Below are positions 25,701 to 36,561 of a stretch of DNA of 64,000 bases, in pieces. Position 1 is the stretch's first letter. Each line of letters begins with the position of its first letter. The position numbers and the translations under genes were made by a program. The stretch is from Tubiluchus corallicola (lineage: Eukaryota; Animalia; Priapulida), in contig JAQGDQ010000262.1 in assembly GCA_030141605.1 (NCBI GenBank), forward strand, positions 253,240-317,239, given 5' to 3'. Under the pieces are notes generated by a model. It saw only the letters and a list, made by a program, of their open reading frames with translations. It was not told the DNA's origin and did no database searches.

Positions 25701-27223
25701 GTACTCAGTTGTTGTCCATCCTCTTTGTTACTTATCTATACATATTCACAAAACAGAAATCTAATATTTTTAACATTTTTCTTTGGCCTACTCACTAACA
25801 CCAAATTTAATTTCAAATTCAAATTCAGTTTATTTCACCATCAAACTACAATAATACAAATATACATGTACAACTTCTTGTATAATTGAAAACAGCAAAA
25901 AAAAAATAATTTCAGATTCCCTAGGAATACTATATTAAGGTTTTGAATTTTGCCACATGGTAGCTAAAAAGGGGACAAGTTACTCACTGATTGTGAAGAC
26001 CACATGGTCAGTGAAAGGTCACTGTATAGATTCTTGGCATTGGCAATCTTGATGATCTTTGGTCCGTCACGGTCACCATGTGTTCTTTTCCATACCACTA
26101 TTATTTGTGACCCTTAATTGATTCATCTTAATTTATGACTCTTAACTTGTCTTAATGCATTAATTAACATTAATGTTATTAACATTAACACTGTTTTAAC
26201 TGATAATATTTGTATCGTTAAAAGTTAACTATTAAATCTGGAATCTCTTTATATGACATTTTCAGTTTTGCTTGCTGATATCGTGGTTTGATTGAATTTA
26301 TTTCGTACAAAAAATAGTATTTAGGAGTAATAAGTTTCTTTTTGGGCCTACCATTTTGCCTGATCGTTTTTGAAAACGTTGGTACCCAATGCTTTTATTA
26401 AAACTCGTCTCATCTGTGGTACAAATCCTTTTTTTACCTGGACACAACCAGTGTGAACATCTTATACATGAAGCTTATTGAACTCGGTGTTACATCTTGA
26501 TAGCGTGCAGTTTTTAAGCTGCCTATAACGTATAGAACGTATAGCTATAGCGTTCTTGCAAACTATAAACTGCAAACACAGCATCACTCCCATCCTTCGT
26601 ACATTTACCTGCAAATATTTGCTGATGATAGGAGGATGTAGTGTTGTGTGTGCTACATGCACCTGAACTCAATACATATAGGCAATATTTATATCCTTCA
26701 GGGTCTAAATGCCTTTGCCATGGTGACAAGAAGGGCAAAGTGCGCGTCAAAAAGTTTCTGTCTTTAAAGCTTGACGAGGAACAAACTGATGATGTACTTT
26801 TTTCTCACCAGGAAGCGCTACTAATGCGCAAAGAGAGCCCTATTTAGTTCTTCTGTGCCCCCTGCAGTTAAAGATGATTAGAGATGATTATTTTCCGTCT
26901 TAGCGCTGTGGTCCATATGAAGGCGTGAAAGTGCTGAATTGGCCTTTAATGGTCTCATACTAGTTTGGTTAATGCAAAAACAAAAATTTGTTAGAGTTTG
27001 TAGTATTTGGCTCGGTAATCTATGGGTTTCTAATTTGTTTATGTATAAATTGTATTTTAGATACATATGCAAACCTTGTCGTGTATAATAAACACAGGGA
27101 TTGCTGAACGAACATGGAGAAGAGTAATGCGCGGCATTAAGCACAATTGAGCAGTATTTTTTTTAAATGAAATATCTTTCCCGAAGTTTAAATGCAGAAA
27201 TAATTCTTTTGTTTGAAAACGTG

Positions 27224-27235
27224 AGAGAGAGAGAG

Positions 27236-27282
<47 letters not shown>

Positions 27283-27286
27283 GAGA
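27224..27286. repeat. (GA)n microsatellite
   Basis: Directly visible. Confidence 0.95.
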
Positions 27287-27931
27287 TGTGATTTTTAGAG
27301 TAGACTCAGCAGAATGTAGTGTTGACTCGGTTGCCGTGTAAACTGGAGTTTATTTTGGCGGTTAATACGGTCGTGGTACTCGTCTTAATTCCACCTATTA
27401 TCCATTGCATCCATCAGCCGATAAGCACCCCGTCCCATCTCGCTTACAACGGAGGTCACTCGCAGTTACTTCACCCCACGGCTTTGAACTCTCCCACAAC
27501 TTGATAAGCCCGGAATGATGACGATCAGCTTGTACAATGCTCGTGTCTATGCGCGCAGTAATACCTGGCTGAGGCTGTGAGAGAGGCTAATGTATCCACC
27601 CAATTATTTCCATCTCATCGTGGTAGAGGATTTGTGAATGACATACGTTGTGGTTATTATAATGAACTGTACAATCTGCCGGGTTTATCGTTGAAAATGA
27701 ACAGGGATATGGTGTAAGCAGAGCAACGGCCCGGTTCAATCGCGCATAACTGGTTCAGTGTATTGAGGATAATGGTCCTGAGCTATTCTGTTTCCATACT
27801 GGAAAACAAGTCATTATAGTAGATGTGTTTTACGATGCCCGCCCGTTATCTGCTGCGGTTGAGATGGCTTATCTCTAGATTAATATCACCAAGATGAAAA
27901 GATGTTCTTCTGAAACACCTCTTTCGAGATA

Positions 27932-28491
27932 CAGTGGACGCTCGTTACAAGAATCACACGTATAAGAATCAGCTCGATATAAGAATCAAAATCGCGTTTC
28001 CCGAATTGAATCGGCATTTTCCTACTGAAAATCCGCTCGTATAAGAATCACCCTTCTTTCGATAGTAGAATCAATTTTGGCGCCGGGAGCCGGTTGGGAG
28101 CCGAAATTGACCGCCTCACCAGAGAAGAAATGAAGCAAAGCAAGCTATCGATATTTTTCAAGCAGTAGATGTAGAGTTTTCTGTCGTCTCCAGTACAATT
28201 TCGGGAAAAAAATTATGTGCATTAAAAAAATTTTAAGGCAATTCTGACATCATGAAACATTTACCCAACCATGAAATAAAAACATTAGTCTAGGAATTTT
28301 TAGGTCCTTTTTAGGCCAGAAAAACATTATGCTGTTTCATGTCGTTTCTAGCGTAATTTCGGGAAATAAATAATTTTTATGTGAATAAAAATTTTTTAAA
28401 GCAATTCTGGGTCATGCTCGTTATAAGAATCGCTCGTTATAAGAATCACTTTGCCTTCTCCCGAGGTGATTCTTATAACGAGAGTCCACTG
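27932..28491 (+). mobile_element. pogo/Tigger-like MITE
   Basis: TA|CAGTGGACGCTCGTTACAAGAATCAC ... GTGATTCTTATAACGAGAGTCCACTG|TA; repeated TATAAGAATC subterminal motifs; transposase C-terminal remnant. Confidence 0.92.
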
Positions 28492-28580
28492 TATAGATTA
28501 ATTTTGAGTAGAACAGACGTTAGGACTTCAACTAGTAACTGTTTGTTACAGAGGCTTATACTACATTATGGTGGTGGAAT

Positions 28581-29544
28581 TTAATGTTCCACGCCTGTCT
28601 GTCCAAGAGAGTGTTGAGATACTTGAAATGAATCTAGGTAATAAAGTCACATGTAAAAAAGTCATAGATTAATGTTCCAGGCCTGTCTGTCCAAGAGAGT
28701 GTTGAGATACTTGAAATGAATCAAGGTAATAAAGTCACATGTAAAAAGTCATAGATTAATGTTCCAGGCCTGTCTGTCCAAGAGAGTGTTGAGATACTTG
28801 AAATGAATCAAGGTAATAAAGTCACATGTAAAAAAGTCATAGATTAATGTTCCAGGCCTGTCTGTCCAAGAGAGTGTTGAGATACTTGAAATGAATCAAG
28901 GTAATAAAGTCACATGTAAAGAGTCATAGATTAATGTTCCAGGCCTGTCTGGCCAAGAAAGTGTTGAGATACTTGAAATGAATCAAGGTAATAAAGTCAC
29001 ATGTAAAAAGTCTTAGATTAATGTTCCAGGCCTGTCTGTCCAAGAGAGTGTTGAGATACTTGAAATGAATCAAGGTAATAAAGTCACATGTAAAAAGTCT
29101 TAGATTAATGTTCCAGGCCTGTCTGTCCAAGAGAGTGTTGAGATACTTGAAATGAATCAAGGTAATACAGTCACATGTAAAAAAGTCATAGATTAATGTT
29201 CCAGGCCTGTCTGTCCAAGAGAGTGTTGAGATACTTGAAATGAATCTAGGTAATAAAGTCACATGTAAAAAGTCATAGATTAATGTTCCAGGCCTGTCTG
29301 TCCAAGAGAGTGTTGAGATACTTGAAATGAATCAAGGTAATACAGTCACATGTAAAAAAGTCATAGATTAATGTTCCAGGCCTGTCTGTCCAAGAGAATG
29401 TTGAGATACTTGAAATGAATCAAGGTAATACAGTCACATGTAAAAAAGTCATAGATTAATGTTCCAGGCCTGTCTGTCCAAGAGAATGTTGAGATACTTG
29501 AAATGAATCAAGGTAATAAAGTCACATGTAAAAAAGTCATAGAT
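28581..29544. repeat. 87-88-bp tandem array, 11 units
   Basis: Unit starts at 28581, 28669, 28756, 28844, 28931, 29018, 29105, 29193, 29280, 29368, 29456. Confidence 0.97.
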
Positions 29545-29680
29545 AAAAAGTCACAACATTTAAAGAAAAAAGTCAAAGGAAAAAAGGCACAGGAAAAAGA
29601 AGTAATCCTAACCCAAATCCTAGCCCTAACCCTAACCCTAGCCAAAATTGTGACTTCCTGTGACTTTATTACCGGGTCTC
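29505..29680. mobile_element. TIR element with internal (TAACCC)n, copy 2 (possibly Mutator-like)
   Basis: GGTAATAAAGTCAC ... GTGACTTTATTACC; flanks ACTTGAAAT and CCTTGAATT could be a degenerate 9-bp TSD. Confidence 0.7.
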
Positions 29681-30627
29681 CCTTGAATTTATCCATTAGT
29701 TCACATCCTCTTGCATGCGTATAAGCTAGTAACGTTTCTTTGGCTTTCATATTATTTGCAGCTTTGTTCTTTCTCGCATGTTAACATCTCCAAAGAAGAG
29801 AAACTTTAATACTATATGCTTTGATTTAAATAATGACAACACTAGTGCTTGGACAGTGCAGACTGCAGTTAGAGAAGTTTTTATTGAAAGATCGCATTTG
29901 AACCTCGAATAATGAAAAAGATGTGATGTAATCTAAAAAAGTTACAGTAAAAGTGTACATCTGCTCGCACTGCAAGGCTTTGGCAGTGCCTTTATGTCGG
30001 CTACTGAATTGCCCTTTCTAATTGTAGGAATTTGCGGTTACTCTCTGGTTTGGTGCACTTAACTTTTCGGCCTGTTAATCTGTCTGTCTTACAAATTGTG
30101 TAGACTGGAAGAAAAAATGGGTGTCTCTATCACATCACAGACGCGCTTTTTTGCGCGGAGAAAATCTCCTATCATCATCAGCAGGTCCAGGCGCAACTCC
30201 TCGAGGCGTTCGTGGATTAATGTGAGTTCACCAACCTAGTCAAGCTTCGAAATGATGTCGATGATGGAGTGCTATCTATCAAAGAACTGAAACAGAATCG
30301 CGAATTAGTAAGTGTACGCGGATAAAGGGTCGATATTCTTGAAGTGGTGTCGTTGATTCTTGTCTTACTTGTTGCATGAGCAATGGCTGATGTTTCTATT
30401 TTATAAATGAGTTTAGAGAATTATGTGTCGTTTTTACGACGTAACTGGAAAATGGAGAATGGAGACGTGTTGAGGCTGTGTGTGATCGTCTCACCTGAGT
30501 ACTTGCGTATAATGACGGTGACGGTGACGGTGACGGTTAACTGCCCGATGATGTCGTCGGACTTGACTAATTAAAGTTTAATTGTAACTGGGGAGGAGGA
30601 ATTTTTCGAACGTGTAGTTCTAATTAT

Positions 30628-31016
30628 GTAACTAGACTAATAATTTTTAAATGTTTGTGCCAATTGACAAAATGTCGCTGACTCACCTTGCTGGGTGCGT
30701 CACTCACTAACCAAAAACGTATTTTTAATATTATTGACACGATACAGTAATTTAAAATTTTACTTGATTAGTAACATGTTTGCTACTAATGCTCTGATTG
30801 TTTTTTCAAACTTTTCTTAATGTTATCAAAACTTGTTTCAAACGAACAACCATTAAAATGGCTGCGCCCAACGGTCATCGCGGGAGTTTAAATTTACACG
30901 TTTTATACAGCGTTACGACCGACGCAATCCTGCATGCAAAAAGGCATTATTTAAGTGGTATAAAATTTCGAGACAATTTTTTTCAGCTTTATGTAAGTGG
31001 AGGGTTTTCTTGTGCT
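30628..31016. mobile_element. Kolobok-like non-autonomous element, left-truncated copy
   Basis: Colinear with 55877-56266; ends TTTTCTTGTGCT|TTAA. Confidence 0.7.
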
Positions 31017-31493
31017 TTAACGATATCCAAAATTTATTATTCTTATCCATGTAAAGCAATAGAACAATGATGATCTGACTGATCAGGTGGGTGAGGGGCT
31101 ATTGGGTCGAGGAATTGCGTATCCTAGATCACTACTCAAGCAATTTCGATTTCATTTCAGTATGATAAAATAAGGTGTCAATATGCAAGTCCCTATATAG
31201 ATTATCCAGGTTTATCCATGAAAAAATGATTTTATAATTTTGAATGGTGTGATTTGCGTATTGTTTTCGTTCTTTGACGTTGTCCAATAAATGTATGATC
31301 CACTGGACCCTAGCCACTGCACTCTAGTCTCTAGTACATGTGCCAGTATTTCGACCCAAAAATTAGCACACATTTTTAGCAAAAATGTAACCCTTTTAAA
31401 ATATCGAGAAATGTGAGTAGTTGCCCTTCTTTAGGCTTCCATCAGCTTGAGTTCTATCCTAGAATTTCTGTACAGAAGCAAAAAACGCCGACC

Positions 31494-32018
31494 GTCATCA
31501 TCATCCAATGACTCATTCGTCCAGTGACATGATTCTGCTCACCTCCCTATGCCAGGACTCCCTGCTCGCCACAATGCCCCAAGGATTATTTCTAAGGATC
31601 AATGCTGAAGTGTTTAAGTCTTTATGTGCAAAATCTAAATATGTTAACATTTGTCCTCCTGCAGGTTTTTTAGCTGGTTCTATGGCTTGTTGAAGAGCTA
31701 TCTTCACTGGAATATCATCAGGTAGTCTAAGCATATGCCCAATCCATCTTAAACGGCGTCTTTTTATTTTTCTTGTCCAAGGTTCTTCTTTTATTTTTTC
31801 ATATAGATCTTTGTTTGAAATTTTCTTTGGCCATCTAATACCCAAAATGTTTCTGTAGTTTCGCTTTTGAAACGCATCGATTTCAGCTTTATGATTTGCT
31901 TTTAATGTCCAGAGCTCAGAGTCATACAGAAATACAGTTTCAACTAAGGCTGAGAATACTCTAATTTTTGTTTCCAAAGAAATCTTCCTATTCTCAAAAA
32001 CTTTTGTGAGTTTTGAAT
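31494..32018 (-). mobile_element. RTE-like LINE, 5'-truncated 3' fragment, copy 1
   Basis: ORF2 C-terminus KISLETKIRVF..LYDSELW..RRRLRWIGHMLR; (GAT)n tail; 11-bp TSD AAACGCCGACC (31483-31493 and 32019-32029). Confidence 0.92.
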
Positions 32019-32693
32019 AAACGCCGACCAAGTGTACACGACCGTTCCAGAGTTCCTTGTTGCTTAGTTACGTTCGAATCATCAGTACCTTTTCATCATT
32101 GTCAAGAAGAATGTTTCATCCTCTGCATTGTTTCTGCTGCAAAAAGCTGTTACAGCTACTACATTTTGTTTTATTTTGATGAGGATGACGCGAGAAGGAA
32201 AGATGTCAGCTACTTAATGCGTTGCCCGTAAGTTCGTATTTCATTTCATCCGTGACATATAGACTCGTAAGACTTAATATCACATTAATTTTGGATTTTG
32301 AATCAAATCGTCTCTGAAGCATTGATGTTATCTGCTCCAGCATTAGTAATTTTGTTAGTGATAGTATCAGGCAGATCGTAAAATGCAGACCATTAAATCA
32401 CCAGTGAAAATTGCAAGAGTTAAGAAATTAAGAGGTCTTCTTTGAGCTGCATTCTGTTGAATTTTAACACAAGGTAAAGGTTACTGATATTTAGCACTTC
32501 GCTATTTAGATAATTTTATGTTTGGACTAAATTACATAATTTTTGAATCCTATGTGGATTGCTTCTGAGAGATTACTGGTGGACCGATTTTCTGATGAAA
32601 CTAGCGTTTACCAAACACGATGAATGCGCATGCGTTATTTTTTCTGCAGCTATTTCTTATTGATTTTTTATACACAGCTATTCCGCAAAAAGA

Positions 32694-33036
32694 TTACTGA
32701 ACACATTTATAATCATGATCACAGTTTTTCTTAGTTCTCGCTCCATTTCATCTTTTATTCACTACTCCCCTCCCCACATTTATGTATATATTATCATTAT
32801 TTCAATTATTAGTCACTTTAAGATTTCCACGTACAGTTTGGCCTATCAAGCTATGCTTTTAGGCTCAAACTGTATGCATCAAAATTATTCTGTAATGTAA
32901 TTTGCACATGTATATGCTGCATAAGAATCTCTTTTGCAATTTCCGGATAATATTGCATTTATATTTATATTTACTTCAGTGAAATTATTTGTATTTTTAT
33001 TATAACTGTTAGATGCAGAGTGGAAATAAATAAACT
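32694..33036 (+). mobile_element. L2-group LINE 3' UTR fragment (near-identical to 54092-54436)
   Basis: Same sequence as the 3' part of the 53891-54436 element; stem-loop ACAGTTTGGCCT..AGGCTCAAACTGT and AAATAAATAAA end. Confidence 0.75.
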
Positions 33037-34857
33037 TTTAACTTAAGATAAAATCTTGCGTGTCAATTCCGGCGGCAACAGGTGTACAATTAACCAGCTA
33101 GCTTAGTACGAGACTAGTGCTCCTTTAATGTCATATTAAACTCTGAACTATTAAAGCAGAAACATTACCACATTCGACTAATAGTTTGCAAGTTAAAACC
33201 TAGGTTCATTGTCCTCTATTGTCACATATTTTGTATGTCAGAAAACTGCCTCTATTGTCAGGTTCGGATGGTATGTCTCCCGCATACAAATCGACTCGGT
33301 AGCTGACACTGTCCATTTATAACATGAAATTTTATTTAATTTGATCACAGTGATTTTCTATTAAGATTCTGTAGCTTCGGTGCCTTGGGCGCTCTGTGGC
33401 AAAGGTGCAATAGCCGGGGTGCTTGGTGTCACGGAGCGCTTGTCACTGTCAGCACAGTAGATTGGACTCTCTTCCTGCTTATGCTGCTGCAGCTAGTCGC
33501 CCCGAGGGTGATGAAGAGAGAGGCAGATAGTTTAGTTCAACTTGAGTGCGATTGACCGACGGAGGCGGTCGTTGGTTTGGGTGGATCGCAGGAATGATTT
33601 ATCTAGGCTCTGCTTCTAGTTTCCACTGTAAAGTGAAAACTGACTGTCAGACTCAGCAGGGGGGCTGTTGTTCGCAGTTTCACACTTGGCTTTTTGCACG
33701 TTTATCTGCCAAATAATTACACTTGAAAGCATCTTTTGAAGCTTGTTTTGTGTGCTTTGAAACATATTCACGAATCCAAAATGTACTACCAAACATACTA
33801 AATTTTTGGCTCCCTCTATCTGTACTTGTATTCACTAATCATTGAGTGCCGTTCATTAATTTCTTAATCTAGTGGCAAGCATATTAATCTTTTGCCTACA
33901 TTTAATCCTTCTCCTACTTTTCATGGTTAAGAAAGAAAACAACATCGCCGAGTTCAAAGTCCTGGTTATTATATGTAACTATAAACAAAATTGGAAAAAT
34001 GACTTAGCTGGATGTGTTCTTTCTTTTTGGTACATGTATGCAGCTTGCTGACGACTCTCTTACGTCAGGTGGGTATTTACTGCAAACACAGGTGTGAATT
34101 TAATGTAAATATTAAAGTACGGTTCCTTGTTGGAACTTGCATCGCCTTGTTTGGATACTAATCATACTGGGAAAATCATTTGCGCATGAGGAGGCTGGTA
34201 TTTTGATACTTCTTGCAATATGGTTAAACTGGCTAATAGACATATTTTTCGATTGGTCCCGATGCTTCGTTGGTTTTAACCATTTTCATATTTTAATTTG
34301 TAAATAAATGTAATCAATTATCAGCCATTTACGAAGTTGAAAAACCAGGACATAAATTCAATTGGTATGTTTTAGTGCGAGGTCTGACAGTATTTTCAAT
34401 AAACTTTAATTCTCACACTTGATGTGATTCTCACACTTCATGTGATTATGTGATTCTCACACTTGATGTGATATAAATGCCCTTAAGTGTGATGATGAAC
34501 TATTTTATTTTAAATATAAGAAATTGTGTACATATTAAACGGCATTTTTGCTAATGTAAATTTAACAGAATGACGATTGAAAGTCACTGTAAGAGTTTGT
34601 TGTAAAGTTACAGATACAGAATAATTTATTTCTCTAAGTGATGGGTCTCTCTGTTATTTTGGTGAACGGCACATTTTTATTATTTAAATCCTTGGTTTCC
34701 AGACGCTGTATTTCCTGTGGAATAACTGTCCTGCAATTAATTTAGTTGTAAACATAATCATTGCCAAATTTTGCCCTTTGAGCTTTTCTTCATGTTACAG
34801 TAAGTATTAGTAAGTTCCATCTGGTATCTTCTGCGTTGGAGCTTAAAGGGTCCTATG

Positions 34858-35431
34858 CAGGCTGCATAAGATTATGGATATCCATAAAATAAGACCAAAA
34901 ATCCATAAAATAAAATTTGAAAAATCCATAAAATGAGAAATGCATAAAATAACAAAATATTTTTTTGTGATTTTTTGTACAAAGTAACGAGTTGTAACCA
35001 TTGGCAACACTGAAAACGAACGTTAGAAGGAGAGAAAGAGAAAGAAAACAAACCAACAAAAGCGCATTTCCGGATTTGCTATTTTACATTGTTTTTTTGT
35101 TATCAAGATGGCGAAGTTTCAACCAAAGCATAATCTGGAGTTTAGTCTGAAAATAACTGAGAGAAACCCAGCCATTGTCTCCTAAAATTTGATTAAATTT
35201 GAAGTGATATGAAACCGATAAAATTAAAACGAAACCAATAAAATTAAAACTAAGTCCTGCGTGTTTAAAAACACGTTTCAAGCACTCATGTTTTTACTTT
35301 TTAATTGATTTCCCCCTGGCATCTCGTTCCAGATGTAGTCTATTTCTTATTTTATTGATATCCATAAAATAAAATTTCAAAAATCCATAAAATAAGCTAT
35401 TTTATACATATCCATAATCTTATGCACCCTG
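34858..35431. mobile_element. hAT MITE
   Basis: 21-bp TIR CAGG(C/G)TGCATAAGATTATGGA; TSD GTCCTATG / GTCATATG (7 of 8); TCCATAAAAT subterminal repeats. Confidence 0.9.
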
Positions 35432-35916
35432 GTCATATGTAAGGTCAAATAATGCTTTAGAATTACCATGAGGGGTAGTTTGAATATGCTATATTAAATC
35501 TGAAGACATGCTATGATATAATGGTATTTTGCTATTATTGACAAAACTGTCGTAGCCAATTGCAGTATATGTAACGTTTTTAAATCTCTATTTTGCATCT
35601 GCACTACATACAGTACAGTAACGTTGAATAAACCTTGTAAACTTGCCTTTGTAGGCAGAGATTAGCTTGAGAACAATGGTTAGGAAGCAGCAGATTTGGC
35701 AGTTTCCATCATTCCTTTCCAATACTTAGTACTAGCCACTGTCTTAAATAGTTTTTAATAGATGTAAACCAATTTCCCAAACTTGTAAAAACCACATGAG
35801 TTTAAAGACTCTTTTTGTATCTCAAAATACCATTGTCACGTTTGTCTCGTTCCGAATTATAGTATTTTACCCATGATCTGCTATGTATATCTTTTTTTTT
35901 GCAGGTTAGCTAAAGT

Positions 35917-36312
35917 ATGGTAAAAATGGTGAACGACCATACATTGGACGAGGATAAACCTGATCAAAATGTTGAAACTATGAACGTTGACTGCTTTGCA
36001 TTATGCAACACCAATTTGTCCTCTTCTGCCAGCAGAATCGGCAAGAAGAGTGATTGCTCTGTCAACTCACTAGATGGCATTGTTAACGAGAACAGTAACA
36101 ATTCTTCAGAAAGTAACTTTGATGTACGCAACGAAGAGTTGCCAAAGTCGTTACAGAGTGTAACAGATGCATGGAAAGAGGAGTCAGTGGATTGGACCAA
36201 TGGCGGAGAACTGAATAATGATGATAACTCAAACGCGTCGAAAACAGACGTGAATTCTTCCAATGTAGATGCTGAAAAAGATGAAGATGAAATGTCAGTT
36301 TCAGAAAATGAG
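35917..36312 (+). CDS. RREB1: RREB1/hindsight-like zinc-finger protein, first coding exon (acidic, low-complexity N-terminus)
   Basis: Acceptor tttttttttgcag at 35904, in-frame TAA at 35911 before ATG 35917, donor GAG|GTAATT; 132 codons, phase 0 joins 36562. Confidence 0.8.
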
Positions 36313-36561
36313 GTAATTTTCTTGTTTTTGTAATGTAGCATCACATTAATTAGTTACGTAGTATAACAACTGAATTGAGAATATTATATTGCTTATATTC
36401 AAACACAAAAGCCAAAGTAAGGTAGGACATCTTCCACATCTATTATGCAATGTTTAATACTGGATTACAAAATTTGTTTGTTAGGCCAAGAATGTAATAT
36501 GATCTTTGAGAACAACCACATGGTTATACTTTCCTGTTAACCTGGTCCTGGTTTTTTGCAG

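Noticed and set aside
30798-31070. Duplicated ORF MAAPNGHRGSLNLHV (also 56107-56307)
   Set aside because: Lies inside two copies of a Kolobok-like repeat and the frames diverge between copies; AAAATGGC is more likely a DNA motif than a start codon
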